Source: Chloroflexota bacterium
GTDB lineage: Bacteria > Chloroflexota > Limnocylindria > QHBO01
NCBI GenBank assembly: GCA_038040195.1
Contig: JBBPIR010000001.1
Location: 417,341 to 481,340 of the forward strand
DNA: 64,000 bases
Direction: 5' to 3'
The notes below the pieces were generated by a model that was given only the letters and a program-made list of their open reading frames with translations, searched no databases and had not been told where the DNA came from. This document shows, one piece after another, positions 1 to 12,172 of the stretch (position 1 is its first letter; every line of letters starts with the position of its first letter). The translations under genes were made by a program, and so were the position numbers.

Positions 1-2
1 AC

Positions 3-761
3 GTGGAACCGGGGGCGCTGCTCGCGGATGGCTGGTTCCCCCGACGCGACATGTTCTCGATTCCCACCATCGTGGCCGGAACCCTGGTTGTCAGCGCCGT
101 CGCCATGGTGATCGCTACGCCGCTCGGCCTGGGGGCCGCCATCTACCTGTCGGAGTACGCCTCCAGTCGCAGCCGCAAGATCCTCAAGCCCATCCTCGAG
201 GTGCTGGCCGCAATCCCCTCGGTAGTACTGGGCTATTTCGCCTTGACGGTGATCAGCACCCAGGTCGTGGGCCGCATCAATCCGGACGTCTCGATCTTCA
301 ACCTGGCTGCCGCCGGGATCGCGGTTGGCATCCTGATCACGCCCCTCATCGCCTCGGTGGCCGAGGACGCCCTGCATGCAGTTCCCAACGCCCTGCGGGA
401 GGCCTCCTACGGCCTCGGCGCTCGCCGGCTGGCGACCAGCCTGCGGGTCGTCGTCCCGGCCGCGGTGTCGGGGATCGTGGCCGCCCTCATCCTGGGCATG
501 TCGCGAGCCATTGGGGAAACCATGATCGTGGCCATCGCGGCAGGGGCCACCGGCGGGTCGTTATTCACCCTCAACCCGTTCGACCCGGGCATGACCATGA
601 CCGCGGCCATGACCTCGTTGGCGACCGGATCGGACCAGGTGCGAGGCGCCACTTTGGCATTTCCCAGCCTGTTCTTCGTTGGCCTGCTGCTGTTCGGCGT
701 CACCTTGGTCCTGAACTTCATCAGCGAGGCCTTCGTCCGACGAGTTCGGGAGCGCTATTAG
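3..761 (+). CDS. pstC: Phosphate ABC transporter permease PstC (5' end truncated by window edge)
   Basis: Multi-TM ABC permease with the EAA-loop region (GIAVGILITPLIASVAEDAL); followed by pstA-pstB-phoU in the canonical order. Confidence 0.85.
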   Translation: MEPGALLADGWFPRRDMFSIPTIVAGTLVVSAVAMVIATPLGLGAAIYLSEYASSRSRKILKPILEVLAAIPSVVLGYFALTVISTQVVGRINPDVSIFNLAAAGIAVGILITPLIASVAEDALHAVPNALREASYGLGARRLATSLRVVVPAAVSGIVAALILGMSRAIGETMIVAIAAGATGGSLFTLNPFDPGMTMTAAMTSLATGSDQVRGATLAFPSLFFVGLLLFGVTLVLNFISEAFVRRVRERY

Positions 762-1705
762 TGGCCGGGGCGATCCGGGCTCCCCAGGCGGTCCGCGCCC
801 CCAGCCCGACCAGCGCGGCGGTTGAGGCCGCACTCCGAGCCGGGCGTCGGGACTGGGCGGGCATGGTGGCCGCGACGTTGCTGTTGCTCACGCTTCTCAC
901 CTCGCTCGCGATCCTGTTCGTCCTGCTGGCAGACGTATTCGGTCGCGCCCTGCCGGTGTTCGCCGAACGGGGCTTCGATATCCTCACCACCCCGCTCAGC
1001 GCGCGCCCAACCCAGGCGGGCGTGGCACAGGGCCTCTTCGGCTCGATCGTGCTCACGATCTTCGTGGTGGTCCTGGCCTTGCCCATCGGGATCCTGGCCG
1101 CCATCTACCTCGAGGAGTACGCGGGCGACAATGCCTTTGCGCGCTTCGTGAACACGAACATTCGAAACCTGGCCGGGGTGCCCGCCATCGTCTATGGGCT
1201 GCTGGGCCTGGCCGTCTTCGTCACCGCCCTCGGGGCCGGGCGCAGTCTGCTGGCCGGAGGCCTGACCCTCGCCATCCTCGTCCTGCCCATCGTGGTCATC
1301 ACCACCGCCGAAGCGCTGCGCGCCGTGCCGTTGACCATCCGCGAAGCGGCGTTCGGGGTGGGCGCCACCCGTTCAGAGGTCGTGACCAGCCATGTGCTGC
1401 CGTATGCCCTGCCCGGGATCCTGACCGGCACCGTCCTGACGCTGGCGCGAGCCTTCGGCGAGACGGCGCCGCTGATCATGGTGGGAGCCATCACCGGCGT
1501 GTTCCGTACGGCTCCGGGTTCAATCCTCGAGTCGCTGGAAGGGCCGTTCACCGCACTGCCGACGATCGTTTTTGCATGGTCGCGTGAGGTGAAGGACGAG
1601 TTCCGGGCCCTGACCGCCGCGGCGATCATCGTCCTGCTGGTCGTGATCCTGACCGTCAACGCCGCGGCTGTGCTGCTCCGCAATCGGTACGATAGGCGCT
1701 GGTGA
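761..1705 (+). CDS. pstA: Phosphate ABC transporter permease PstA
   Basis: Polytopic permease with PstA-like conserved region ([23 protein letters not shown]); start overlaps the pstC stop. Confidence 0.85.
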   Translation: MAGAIRAPQAVRAPSPTSAAVEAALRAGRRDWAGMVAATLLLLTLLTSLAILFVLLADVFGRALPVFAERGFDILTTPLSARPTQAGVAQGLFGSIVLTIFVVVLALPIGILAAIYLEEYAGDNAFARFVNTNIRNLAGVPAIVYGLLGLAVFVTALGAGRSLLAGGLTLAILVLPIVVITTAEALRAVPLTIREAAFGVGATRSEVVTSHVLPYALPGILTGTVLTLARAFGETAPLIMVGAITGVFRTAPGSILESLEGPFTALPTIVFAWSREVKDEFRALTAAAIIVLLVVILTVNAAAVLLRNRYDRRW

Positions 1706-1709
1706 GCGG

Positions 1710-2618
1710 ATGTCCATCAAGCTGGCACCCTGGATTCGAAAGCCAAACGACCCTGGAGACGGGGCAATGACCGAGCAGACGGTCGGCGTGGCGCCGCGCG
1801 AGAAAGGTGCGGTCAACATTTTCAGCTCGACCAGCACCGCTCCGGACGTCGGGTTGGAGCCGGTGTTCGAACTGCGGGACTTCTCCGCCTACTACGGATC
1901 ATTCCGCGCCGTCCGTGAGATCAGCTTCTCGGTAGAGCGGAACCAGATCACCGCGATCATCGGTCCGTCGGGATGTGGCAAGAGCACGCTCCTGCGCAGC
2001 TTCAACCGGATGAACGACCTTGTGCCGTCAGCTCGGGTCAGCGGCGAGGTGCTCTATCACGGTGTGAACTTGTATGACCCCGGCGTCGACCCGGTGGAGG
2101 TCCGGCGCCGAATCGGGATGGTGTTCCAGAAGCCGAATCCGTTCCCGAAGTCGATCTACGACAACGTGGCGTTCGGTCCGCGGGTGGCTGGATACAAAGG
2201 CGACATGAAGGCCCTGGTCGAGGAGTCTCTCCGTCGCGCCGCCCTGTGGGACGAGGTCCGCGAGAAGCTCGGGTCGCCCGGGACGTCCCTGTCGGGGGGG
2301 CAGCAGCAACGACTGTGCATCGCGCGCGCGATCGCGGTCGAGCCGGACGTCATCCTCATGGACGAGCCGTGCTCGGCGCTGGACCCCATCGCCACCCTGA
2401 GGATCGAGGAGCTCATGCGCGAGCTACGGGAGAACTACACCATCGTGATCGTGACCCACAACATGCAGCAGGCGGCTCGGGTGTCGGACACGACGGCCTT
2501 TCTGACCATGGGTGAGGATCGCGCCGGATACCTGGTCGAGATGGCGCCCACCGAGAGACTGTTCACCCAGCCAGCCAACCCACTGACCGAGCAGTACATC
2601 ACGGGGCGGTTCGGATGA
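1710..2618 (+). CDS. pstB: Phosphate ABC transporter ATP-binding protein PstB
   Basis: Walker [13 protein letters not shown] signature LSGGQQQRL, Walker [12 protein letters not shown]; true start may be the internal ATG near 1767. Confidence 0.9.
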   Translation: MSIKLAPWIRKPNDPGDGAMTEQTVGVAPREKGAVNIFSSTSTAPDVGLEPVFELRDFSAYYGSFRAVREISFSVERNQITAIIGPSGCGKSTLLRSFNRMNDLVPSARVSGEVLYHGVNLYDPGVDPVEVRRRIGMVFQKPNPFPKSIYDNVAFGPRVAGYKGDMKALVEESLRRAALWDEVREKLGSPGTSLSGGQQQRLCIARAIAVEPDVILMDEPCSALDPIATLRIEELMRELRENYTIVIVTHNMQQAARVSDTTAFLTMGEDRAGYLVEMAPTERLFTQPANPLTEQYITGRFG

Positions 2619-3433
2619 GCGGCCCCGACGAGCCCATGGCGCCCGATCCGGCAAAAGGCACCGGCAAAGCTGAAACTGCGCCGCCGACGCCGGTTGGTCC
2701 GTCGGTCGCGGCGACGGCCGCATCGGGACCCAACGGCGACAACCCGGGCGCAGCGTCAGGCGATGCGCCGGCGACGCGGGCGCCGCGCGCGACGCTCGAC
2801 AGCGAAGTGCGTACGATCAAGGACGACGTCCTGCGCCTGGGGGCGCTGGTCGAGGTGGCGCTGGAGCGGTCCGCGCGCGCCCTCACCGATCGTGACTCCG
2901 AGCTGGCCGACCACGTCCGATGGGACGACGCTGAGGTCAACGACCTCCAGCGCCGGGTCAGCAATGCGATCGCCGTGACACTCGCGACCCAACAGCCCAT
3001 GGCCCGTGACCTCCGAGAGCTGCTGGCCCTCTACCACGCCGCGGCGGAGCTCGAGCGCATGGGCGACTACGCGGTGAACATCGCCAAGCTCGCCCAGCAG
3101 CTCGCATCCGAGCCGGAGATCCCGATGTTCAGCCAGATCCCGCTCATGGAACGGCTGTGCCGCTCCCAGCTGCACGCGGCGATGCGGGCGCTGGTCGACG
3201 TCAGCGAAGCCGACGCGCGAGCGGTGTGCGCCAACGACGACGAGCTGGATCGGCTGTACGACGCGGTCTACCGCTCCGCCATCGAGGTCATGCAGGCCGA
3301 CCCCAGCCGTGTGCCGCAGGCGACCCACATGCTCTTCATCGCCCACCACCTGGAGCGATTGGGCGATCGGGTCACCAACATCGGCGAGGACGTCGTGTAC
3401 CTGGCCACCGGCCAGATCGAGGACTTGAACTGA
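2615..3433 (+). CDS. phoU: Phosphate transport system regulator PhoU
   Basis: PhoU repeats ([13 protein letters not shown] and [15 protein letters not shown]); ATGA overlap with pstB stop; low-complexity N-terminal extension. Confidence 0.85.
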   Translation: MSGPDEPMAPDPAKGTGKAETAPPTPVGPSVAATAASGPNGDNPGAASGDAPATRAPRATLDSEVRTIKDDVLRLGALVEVALERSARALTDRDSELADHVRWDDAEVNDLQRRVSNAIAVTLATQQPMARDLRELLALYHAAAELERMGDYAVNIAKLAQQLASEPEIPMFSQIPLMERLCRSQLHAAMRALVDVSEADARAVCANDDELDRLYDAVYRSAIEVMQADPSRVPQATHMLFIAHHLERLGDRVTNIGEDVVYLATGQIEDLN

Positions 3434-4128
3434 AGCGACGGATCCTGGTCGTCGAGGACGACCGCACGCTGCGCCAGGCGCTGACGTTCAACCTCACTCG
3501 TGAAGGGTATGACGTGGCCAGCGCGGTCGACGGCGAGCAGGCCCTGGCCGCCGGGCGCGACCGGCGACACGACCTCATCCTGCTGGACCTGATGCTGCCC
3601 GGGATGAGCGGGTTGGAGGTCCTGCGCACCCTGCGCCGGGAGGGCATCGAGACCCCGGTCATCATCCTGTCGGCCAAGCGCGACGAGGTCGACCGGGTGG
3701 TCGGACTCAAGGTGGGAGCCGACGATTACGTCCCCAAGCCGTTCAGCCGGCCGGAGCTGCTGGCCCGTGTCGAAGCCGTGCTGCGTCGCGAGGGGCGGGC
3801 CCTGAGTGGCACGAACGGAAGTGGTGAGGTGGTCACCTCGGGCGCGATCCGGATCGACATCGGGCACCGCGAGGTCAGGTTGGGCGAACAGGCGCTGACC
3901 CTGACTGCCAAGGAGTTCGACCTGCTTGCCCACCTCGCGGCGCACCCGGGCCGGATCTTCACCCGCCATCAGCTGCTGGCTCGGATCTGGGGCTTTGACT
4001 ACGACGGGACCGATCGAACGGTGGACGTCCACGTCAGCTGGCTCCGAACCAAGCTGCGCGCCATGGACGGTCATGACTACTTCCGGACCGTGCGCGGGGT
4101 GGGATACGCCTTCCGGCCGCGTCCGTGA
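3430..4128 (+). CDS. OmpR-family response regulator (PhoP/RegX3-like)
   Basis: Receiver domain (ILVVEDD...LLDLMLPGMSG) plus winged-helix OmpR/PhoB C-terminus; the upstream part of the 3157 ORF overlaps phoU out of frame and is discounted. Confidence 0.8.
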   Translation: MKRRILVVEDDRTLRQALTFNLTREGYDVASAVDGEQALAAGRDRRHDLILLDLMLPGMSGLEVLRTLRREGIETPVIILSAKRDEVDRVVGLKVGADDYVPKPFSRPELLARVEAVLRREGRALSGTNGSGEVVTSGAIRIDIGHREVRLGEQALTLTAKEFDLLAHLAAHPGRIFTRHQLLARIWGFDYDGTDRTVDVHVSWLRTKLRAMDGHDYFRTVRGVGYAFRPRP

Positions 4129-5207
4129 ACGACCCCGAGACGCTGACCGCGATCCTCGCCCGCGGGGGCGACGATGCTCTCGTCGTGGTCGATGCCGACC
4201 TCCGCATCCGGCAGGCATCGGCGGAGGCGGCCAGCCTGGCGGCGCGTTCACGCGAGGAGCTGGGCGGCCTGAGCCTGATCGCCGCCTTCGGGTCGGCCTC
4301 CCTCGACGAGCTGGCCCGGGCGGCGATCGCGGCAGGCGAACCCCGCTCCGGCGAGGCGGCCATGGGCCGGATGGCCAGTCGCCAGTTCGAGGCCGAGGCA
4401 GTGCCGCTTCCCTCGGGGGGCCTGCTGCTGTGGCTGCACGAAGTGACCGCGGCTCGGCGGGCGGCGCAGGCCCGCCGCGACGTGGTGGCCAACATCAGCC
4501 ATGAGCTGCGCACGCCGCTGGCCTCGATCAAGCTGCTGGCCGAGACCCTTGCCGACGGCGCGGTCGCGGAGGTGGACACGAGCCGTGAGTTTGCGGTCCA
4601 GATCCAGCGTGAGGTCGACCACCTCGCCCAGCTCGTCGACGAGCTGCTGGACCTGTCGATGATCGAATCCGGGGAGACTGTCCTCGTCATCGAGCCGGTG
4701 GCGCCGGCGCGGGTCCTGGCCGACGTGGCGGAACGGATTGGCCCCATCGCAGCCCGACGCGAGGTCGCCGTGCGTCTGGTGGAACGGCCCACGGGCCAAT
4801 CAGACCCCGGCCGGGTCCGGGTCGCCGCCGACTCGGCTCGGCTCGCGCAGGCACTCCTCAACCTCACCCACAACGCGGTCAAGTACAGCCATCGCGGCGG
4901 CGAGGTGCGCTTGGGCTGGGACCCGCTCGATGACCGCGTCCGCTTTTGGGTCGCCGATGACGGGGTGGGCATCTCGCTCGCGCACCGCGAGCGGATCTTC
5001 GAGCGGTTCTACAAGGTCGACCGTGCCCGCGCCCGCCGCGACCGCGATGGCGAGAAGGGCCCGCGCGACCTGGGTGGGGCGAGTGCCGGGCTGGGCCTGG
5101 CCATCGTGCGACATATCGCTGAAGCCCACGGCGGGGCCGTGGGCGTCGAGAGCGAGGAAGGGGTCGGCTCCACGTTCTGGATCGAGGTTCCCCGGGCCGA
5201 GGGCTAG
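4125..5207 (+). CDS. Sensor histidine kinase (PhoR/SenX3-like), apparently cytoplasmic
   Basis: H-box ISHELRTPL; HATPase N/G boxes (HNAVKYS, DDGVGI, GLGLAIV); no hydrophobic TM segment at the N-terminus; GTGA overlap with the regulator stop. Confidence 0.8.
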   Translation: MNDPETLTAILARGGDDALVVVDADLRIRQASAEAASLAARSREELGGLSLIAAFGSASLDELARAAIAAGEPRSGEAAMGRMASRQFEAEAVPLPSGGLLLWLHEVTAARRAAQARRDVVANISHELRTPLASIKLLAETLADGAVAEVDTSREFAVQIQREVDHLAQLVDELLDLSMIESGETVLVIEPVAPARVLADVAERIGPIAARREVAVRLVERPTGQSDPGRVRVAADSARLAQALLNLTHNAVKYSHRGGEVRLGWDPLDDRVRFWVADDGVGISLAHRERIFERFYKVDRARARRDRDGEKGPRDLGGASAGLGLAIVRHIAEAHGGAVGVESEEGVGSTFWIEVPRAEG

Positions 5208-6244
5208 CGAACCTCCTCGAGGCTCGCTGCCGCCTGCTGCCGCAGCGCGCGAATCATCGGGACCCGCGGGTCGTCCGGGGCGATCTCCAGGAATGCGTCG
5301 AAGGCCTCGATGGCGGTCGCAGCGTCGCCGTACCCGCGCCACGCGATCAGACCCCGGAAGAACGGCACGTCGGGGGAGTCGGGGGCCAGCTCGGCGAGGG
5401 AATCGGTCGCGGCCGCGGCATTAGTCCAGTCCGAGGCGCGGATGTAGGCGGTGATGAGCCGAACGTACGGATTGGTGTCGCCCGGATCCAGACCGATGAC
5501 GGCCAGCAGGGTGAACGCCGCTCGCTGAAGATCCTGACCCGAGCTGCCCGCCAGGTACGCGTCGGCCAGGTCCGACAGGGACGCCACGTCGGAAGGGTCG
5601 GCGGCAATGATCGTCAGCAGGCGCTCGATCTCGGCCTGGCGCGCGGACTCGGCCGCCTGGACCTCGGCCAACGGCTGGTTGACCACCGTCTCGGCGGCGA
5701 GGCTGAACGGTTCGGGCAGGAGGAAGCCGATGCCCAACACCGCTGTCAGGGCCACGGCCACCCCAACCGCCAGGCGACGGGCGACGGGCCCGGACAGACC
5801 AGGATCGTGCGCCGGAGGACTGGCTTCGGCCAGCCGGGGATCGGACACCGCCGACGGCCGCAGGAGCCACCAGGCAAGGATGGCCGCTCCCAGCGCAGTG
5901 GCCGCCAGCGGGACCAGCCACGGGGCCGCACCGGGCGGGGTGAGCAGGATCCAGTCCCCGTAGCGGGCGACGAACGAGGCCTTGACCTGCTCCGGGCTCA
6001 GGCCGGCTGCCAGCATCTCGTCGACCTGGCGCCGGATCTCGGCCGCGGCCTGGGTCGGGGAGTCGGCCGCCGACAGCCCGGCGCAGTCGGGGCAGCGCAG
6101 CTCCGCAGCGACGGCCTGGGCCTGCTCCTCGACGGTTGGGGCCTGTGACGGCCGGAGGGCGATGACCGCAGCCAGCAGCGCGGCCACCGCCACCAGCGCC
6201 AGCACCGCCCAAGCCGAACGGGATACCCGGGACAGACGACTCAT
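5204..6244 (-). CDS. ccmH: Cytochrome c-type biogenesis protein CcmH with C-terminal TPR domain (CcmH-CcmI-like fusion)
   Basis: LRCPDCAG motif in the CcmH/NrfF position; two TM helices; TPR-like C-terminus; ATG at 6244 overlaps the ccmG stop. The upstream 205 codons of the 551-aa ORF are out-of-frame overlap and are discounted. Confidence 0.7.
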   Translation of the reverse strand: MSRLSRVSRSAWAVLALVAVAALLAAVIALRPSQAPTVEEQAQAVAAELRCPDCAGLSAADSPTQAAAEIRRQVDEMLAAGLSPEQVKASFVARYGDWILLTPPGAAPWLVPLAATALGAAILAWWLLRPSAVSDPRLAEASPPAHDPGLSGPVARRLAVGVAVALTAVLGIGFLLPEPFSLAAETVVNQPLAEVQAAESARQAEIERLLTIIAADPSDVASLSDLADAYLAGSSGQDLQRAAFTLLAVIGLDPGDTNPYVRLITAYIRASDWTNAAAATDSLAELAPDSPDVPFFRGLIAWRGYGDAATAIEAFDAFLEIAPDDPRVPMIRALRQQAAASLEEVR

Positions 6245-6768
6245 GGAGCCACCCCGATGAGCGCCAGATTGCGGGCCATGGTGGCCTCGGTCAACGGGCC
6301 GTAATGCTTGGCCCGGACGATGCCATCGGCGTCGACGAAGAAGGTCTCCGGCGGGCCGAGCACGCCGAAGGCCAGCGCCACCGATCCCGACGGGTCGTCG
6401 AGCTGCGGCCAGCCGCCGTCGCCGTAGCGGACCAGGAATTCGAGCGCGTCCTGCGGCGTGTCGTCGTACAGGATCCCCACCAGCTGGACCTGATCCGGGT
6501 CCCGAGCGCCCAGGTCCATCAACACCGGATGCTCGTCCACGCAGGCCGGGATGCACCAGCTGGCCCAGAAGTTGAGGACCGCCGGACGACCGACCAGATC
6601 GTCGGCGCTGAGCGACTGGCCGTCGAGTGTCGTCAGCACGAAGGACGGCATCGGCTTCCCGATCAGCGGCGACGGAATCTCGGCCGGATCGCGTCCCAGG
6701 CCGGTGAACAGGACCCAGCCCAGCGGGATGGCGAGCAGCGGGACGAGCAGCCAGCGCGCGGCGCGCAT
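6241..6768 (-). CDS. ccmG: Thiol:disulfide interchange protein CcmG/ResA/DsbE (TlpA-like thioredoxin)
   Basis: N-terminal TM anchor; thioredoxin fold with redox motif (WASWCIPAC, i.e. CxxC); sits between ccmF and ccmH. Confidence 0.8.
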   Translation of the reverse strand: MRAARWLLVPLLAIPLGWVLFTGLGRDPAEIPSPLIGKPMPSFVLTTLDGQSLSADDLVGRPAVLNFWASWCIPACVDEHPVLMDLGARDPDQVQLVGILYDDTPQDALEFLVRYGDGGWPQLDDPSGSVALAFGVLGPPETFFVDADGIVRAKHYGPLTEATMARNLALIGVAP

Positions 6769-6771
6769 CGG

Positions 6772-8741
<1,970 letters not shown>

Positions 8742-8742
<1 letters not shown>

Positions 8743-9179
8743 CAGCGCGCCGGCAGCTGGCCCTGGGTGGGGGCCACGTAATTCTCATCGTGCTTGACCA
8801 GGACCTCTTCGGCCTCGAACACGCCATCGGGACTCAGGACTCCCTCCACCACCGCCCCCGCGCCCTCGCGGAACGAGCTCGTGGGCGCCACGCTCGAGTG
8901 AACGGTGATCTCGGTCTCGCCGTCGGTCAGCACGAAGGTCAGGTCAGTGGCGGACCCGGAGACGCTATCCGGCAGCACCAGGCCACCCAGGCGAACGGAC
9001 TGACCGATGGCCGCCTCCCCGCGGGCTGCCAGCTCGGTCGGGGTCAGGTAGTAGACGAGCGCGTTGCCCACCCCGCTGAACGCCAGCCAGCCGATGATCG
9101 CCGCCACCCCAGCGCCCACCAGCCACGGGCCCCATCCGCGGCGCCGGATGGGGGGCGGGAGCGGGGTGGAGACGCTCAT
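8742..9179 (-). CDS. ccmE: Cytochrome c-type biogenesis haem chaperone CcmE
   Basis: Single N-terminal TM plus OB-fold CcmE domain (VYYLTPTELAA...VRLGGLV...LTDGETEITV); start overlaps the ccmF position. Confidence 0.85.
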
Positions 9180-9361
9180 GCCCGGCGGTCGATCGGGGGG
9201 TCGGACGGGCGTGGCTGATCCGATGCCGGGGTGGAACTGGTCTGGCGTGCGCCTTGCAACCGACGGGCCAGGGTGACGGCGTATAACCCGGTGCCACCCA
9301 GGATCACCCCGTATGCGGCGACAACGAAGGCCAGGTCGCCAATCGCGCCGAGGTCGATCAT
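9176..9361 (-). CDS. ccmD: Haem exporter protein CcmD (small single-TM protein)
   Basis: About 61 aa with one TM (AFVVAAYGVILGGTGLYAV); ATG at 9361 overlaps the ccmC stop by 4 nt; position between ccmC and ccmE. Confidence 0.5.
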   Translation of the reverse strand: MIDLGAIGDLAFVVAAYGVILGGTGLYAVTLARRLQGARQTSSTPASDQPRPSDPPIDRRA

Positions 9362-10077
9362 GGGCGGGGCGCCGGGACGGCGGCCGCCAGGCCGGGCAGT
9401 CGACCGCGGCGCGCAGATTCCTCGCCTTCCCAGTCCAGTCGCGCCAGCCGATATCGGTTCACCATCAGCCACAGCCATGCCAGGCTGAACGCCCCGAGCA
9501 TAAGCAGCAGCGCGGCCACGAACTGCCCCGGCGCAGGTGGATTGAGGATCGTGTCGGGCGACATGAACGTCGGGCCCTGGTGCAGGCCGCGCCACCACAC
9601 CACGCTGAAATGGACGATGGGGATGTCGATGGCGGCGACGATGCCCACCACCGCAGCCCGCGTGGCGCGCCGGGCCGGCTCATCGGTCAGCCGCCGAATC
9701 AGCAGGTAGCCCACGTACAGGGCCAGCAGCAGGGCGGTCGTCGTGAGCCGCGGGTCCTCCCACTGCCAGAAGGTGCCCCAGACAGGGCGGCCCCACATCA
9801 TGCCGGCCCAGATGGTGGCCGCCGTGAACAGGACGCCGACCGCGGCCCCGGCCAGGGCAGCCGCGTCAGCGCGCGGATCCCGTCGGACGAGCCACCAGAC
9901 CGATGCCGCGGCCGTGACCCCGAAGGACAGGTACGCCAGCCAGGCCGACGCGACATGGATGTACATGATTCGCTGCGCCTCGCCCTGGTTCAGGTCGGCC
10001 GGCACGCCAAACAGGGCGAACGCGGTTGCCCCCGCCACGGCCACCAGCGCGCCGATCCCCAGTACCCGCGTGGCCAC
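9358..10077 (-). CDS. ccmC: Haem exporter protein CcmC
   Basis: Six TM helices plus WWD-like motif (WGTFWQWEDPRL); GTG start at 10077 inferred; the upstream portion of the 488-aa ORF is low-complexity and discounted. Confidence 0.85.
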   Translation of the reverse strand: MATRVLGIGALVAVAGATAFALFGVPADLNQGEAQRIMYIHVASAWLAYLSFGVTAAASVWWLVRRDPRADAAALAGAAVGVLFTAATIWAGMMWGRPVWGTFWQWEDPRLTTTALLLALYVGYLLIRRLTDEPARRATRAAVVGIVAAIDIPIVHFSVVWWRGLHQGPTFMSPDTILNPPAPGQFVAALLLMLGAFSLAWLWLMVNRYRLARLDWEGEESARRGRLPGLAAAVPAPRP

Positions 10078-10085
10078 CGGTCGCC

Positions 10086-10808
10086 TTACTCCTCGAGCGC
10101 CAGGCCGTACGTCAGGCCGCCCGCCAGGAGCATGGCCAGGTCGTAACCGATCAGGAGCTGCAACCAGGCGCTCAGCTCCCCAAGGGGGTCCCCGGCCAGC
10201 AGGCTGGCGGTGGCGCTGACCGCGGCCAACAGGAGCGGGGCGACGACCGGAAGGAGGAGGAGCGGCAGCAGCACCTCGCGGGCGCGCAGGCGGACCGTCA
10301 GCCCCGCATACAGGGTCCCGATGGCCGCGAACCCCAGCGCTCCGAGGCCGATGACCAGCACCAGCCCGGGAAGTGACGAAGCCACGTCGAGCGCATACAG
10401 GATGACCGTCAGCGGCAGCACCAGGGCGCCCAGGGCCAGCATGGCCGCCAGGCCGCCCAGCGCCTTGCCCAGGTAGACGGCAGCCCGGGGGACCGGGTAC
10501 AAGGCCAGCAGCTCGAACGCGCCATCCTCCATCTCCAGCTGATGCAGCCGGCCCACGGCCAGCACCCCGCTCAGGATCACGGCCAGCCATAGGAGCCCCG
10601 GACCGGCGGCCGCCAGGCGGGCGTGGTCGGGGCCGAGCGCAAAGCCGAAGATGAGCAAGGTCAAGGCGGCCAAGAACAGGGTGGAGGTCACCGCCTGGCG
10701 ACCGCGGAGCTCGGCGCGCAGATCCTTGGCGGCTATCGCCCGCGCGACGGCCAGGTGACGAGCTACCGCGCTCACGGACGAGATCCCTCCGGCAGCGCCC
10801 CGCTCCAT
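10086..10808 (-). CDS. ccmB: Haem exporter permease CcmB
   Basis: Six-TM ABC-2 type permease between ccmA and ccmC; start (MERGAAGG) inferred. Confidence 0.75.
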   Translation of the reverse strand: MERGAAGGISSVSAVARHLAVARAIAAKDLRAELRGRQAVTSTLFLAALTLLIFGFALGPDHARLAAAGPGLLWLAVILSGVLAVGRLHQLEMEDGAFELLALYPVPRAAVYLGKALGGLAAMLALGALVLPLTVILYALDVASSLPGLVLVIGLGALGFAAIGTLYAGLTVRLRAREVLLPLLLLPVVAPLLLAAVSATASLLAGDPLGELSAWLQLLIGYDLAMLLAGGLTYGLALEE

Positions 10809-11653
10809 GGCTGCAGAGCGCCACCCGTCATGACTTCGCCACTGGCGCCCTCGCCCCCGACCTCCACCAGCAGCCCATCCACCAGGCGCAGCCAGCCGTC
10901 CACGCGAGCGGCCAGGCGCTCGTCCGCGTGGGTTGCGACCAGGACGGTGGCACCTGCCGCCCGCCACTCGTCCAGGAGCTCGTCCACCAGGGCCATCCCC
11001 GGGGCATCGAGGGCCGCGTACGGCTCATCCAGCAGGACGAGGCGCGGGTGGCCCAGCAAAAGACGCCCCAGCGCCAGTCGACGGCGCATGCCGGCCGAGA
11101 AGGCTGTGACGCGGGTGTCGCGGTCGCGTGTCAGGCCCACTCGCTCGAGCGCGGCGCCCACCCGGCCCGCGCGGTCGGGCCCGGGGAGCCCCATCAGCTG
11201 GGCGGCGAATCGGAGGTTCTCGGCTGCGGTGAGATCGTCATACAAGCCCGTGGCATGGGGCAGGAACGCCACCCGGGGGCGGATCTCCTCGGGCCGTTGG
11301 GCAACGTCGATGCCGTCCACGGCGGCCATCCCGAACGAGGGCCGGAGTGCGGTGGCCAGGATGCGCAGCAGGGTCGTCTTGCCGGCGCCGTTGGGTCCCA
11401 GGACGGTGACGGCGCGGCCGGCCTCCACCCGCAGCGTGACGCCGGCCAGGGCCGGACTGCGGCGAAAGAGACGGGCCAGGTCATGCGTTTCTACCGCCGG
11501 TGTGGTCTCGTCAGGGACCCCCGTCGGGCGAACGTGAATCGTGGTCGGCGGCATGCTCGTCCAGTGGGCGGAGGGGCGGGTCTCGGCAGTGTGCGGCCTG
11601 CCCCCCAGTGCGTCAAATTCCTCGTTCCATGCCAGAATTGGTTCCCAAACCAA
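10772..11653 (-). CDS. ccmA: Haem exporter ATP-binding protein CcmA
   Basis: Walker A GPNGAGKTT, signature FSAGMRRRL, Walker B LVLLDEPYAALD; true start probably internal (near VETHDLARLF). Confidence 0.8.
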   Translation of the reverse strand: MVWEPILAWNEEFDALGGRPHTAETRPSAHWTSMPPTTIHVRPTGVPDETTPAVETHDLARLFRRSPALAGVTLRVEAGRAVTVLGPNGAGKTTLLRILATALRPSFGMAAVDGIDVAQRPEEIRPRVAFLPHATGLYDDLTAAENLRFAAQLMGLPGPDRAGRVGAALERVGLTRDRDTRVTAFSAGMRRRLALGRLLLGHPRLVLLDEPYAALDAPGMALVDELLDEWRAAGATVLVATHADERLAARVDGWLRLVDGLLVEVGGEGASGEVMTGGALQPWSGALPEGSRP

Positions 11654-11682
11654 TACAAACCACAGCAGGAGACCGGCACCTC

Positions 11683-12147
11683 ATGTTCAGTTCACGCTCC
11701 GTTCCGGGGTCCCGACATCTGCCCGGGGCGACCTGGGTCGCCATCGCCGTGCTCGCCTTGGCCGCATGCAGCCCGTCAGCCAGTGCCTCGAGCACGGCCG
11801 AGAGCGCCGCTGCGAGCGCCGAGCCCCCGGCCGAGAGCGCCGCGGCCAGTACTGCTGCAAGCCCGTCCGAGCCGGCCGTTGGCGGAGATACCACCGTCAC
11901 CATCTCCGGTAACTCGTTCGGCGGCGACTTCACGATTTCCGCCGGCTCGACCGTGACGTTCGTCAACAACGACAGTGTCGGCCATACCGTGACGAACGGG
12001 GAGAACGGCGTGGCGGCAGCAGACGCCCTCTTCGACGAGCCGCTGGCGGACGGCGGGACGTTCGAATTCACGTTCGACACGCCCGGGGTCTACCAGGTGA
12101 CCTGCAAGATCCACTCGACCATGAACCTCACCATCACGGTCCAGTAA
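11683..12147 (+). CDS. Type 1 (blue) copper cupredoxin lipoprotein (plastocyanin/amicyanin-like)
   Basis: AGGAG ribosome-binding site 13 nt upstream; lipobox LALAAC; Ser/Ala-rich linker; cupredoxin copper ligands His (VGHTVT) and C-x2-H-x2-M (CKIHSTM). Confidence 0.75.
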   Translation: MFSSRSVPGSRHLPGATWVAIAVLALAACSPSASASSTAESAAASAEPPAESAAASTAASPSEPAVGGDTTVTISGNSFGGDFTISAGSTVTFVNNDSVGHTVTNGENGVAAADALFDEPLADGGTFEFTFDTPGVYQVTCKIHSTMNLTITVQ

Positions 12148-12172
12148 CCCGGCTACGGGCCGTCCGGCGAGT

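Noticed and set aside
3157-3429. 5' extension of the response-regulator ORF overlapping phoU
   Set aside because: Out-of-frame overlap with the conserved PhoU repeats. The receiver domain begins about 3430, right after the phoU stop.
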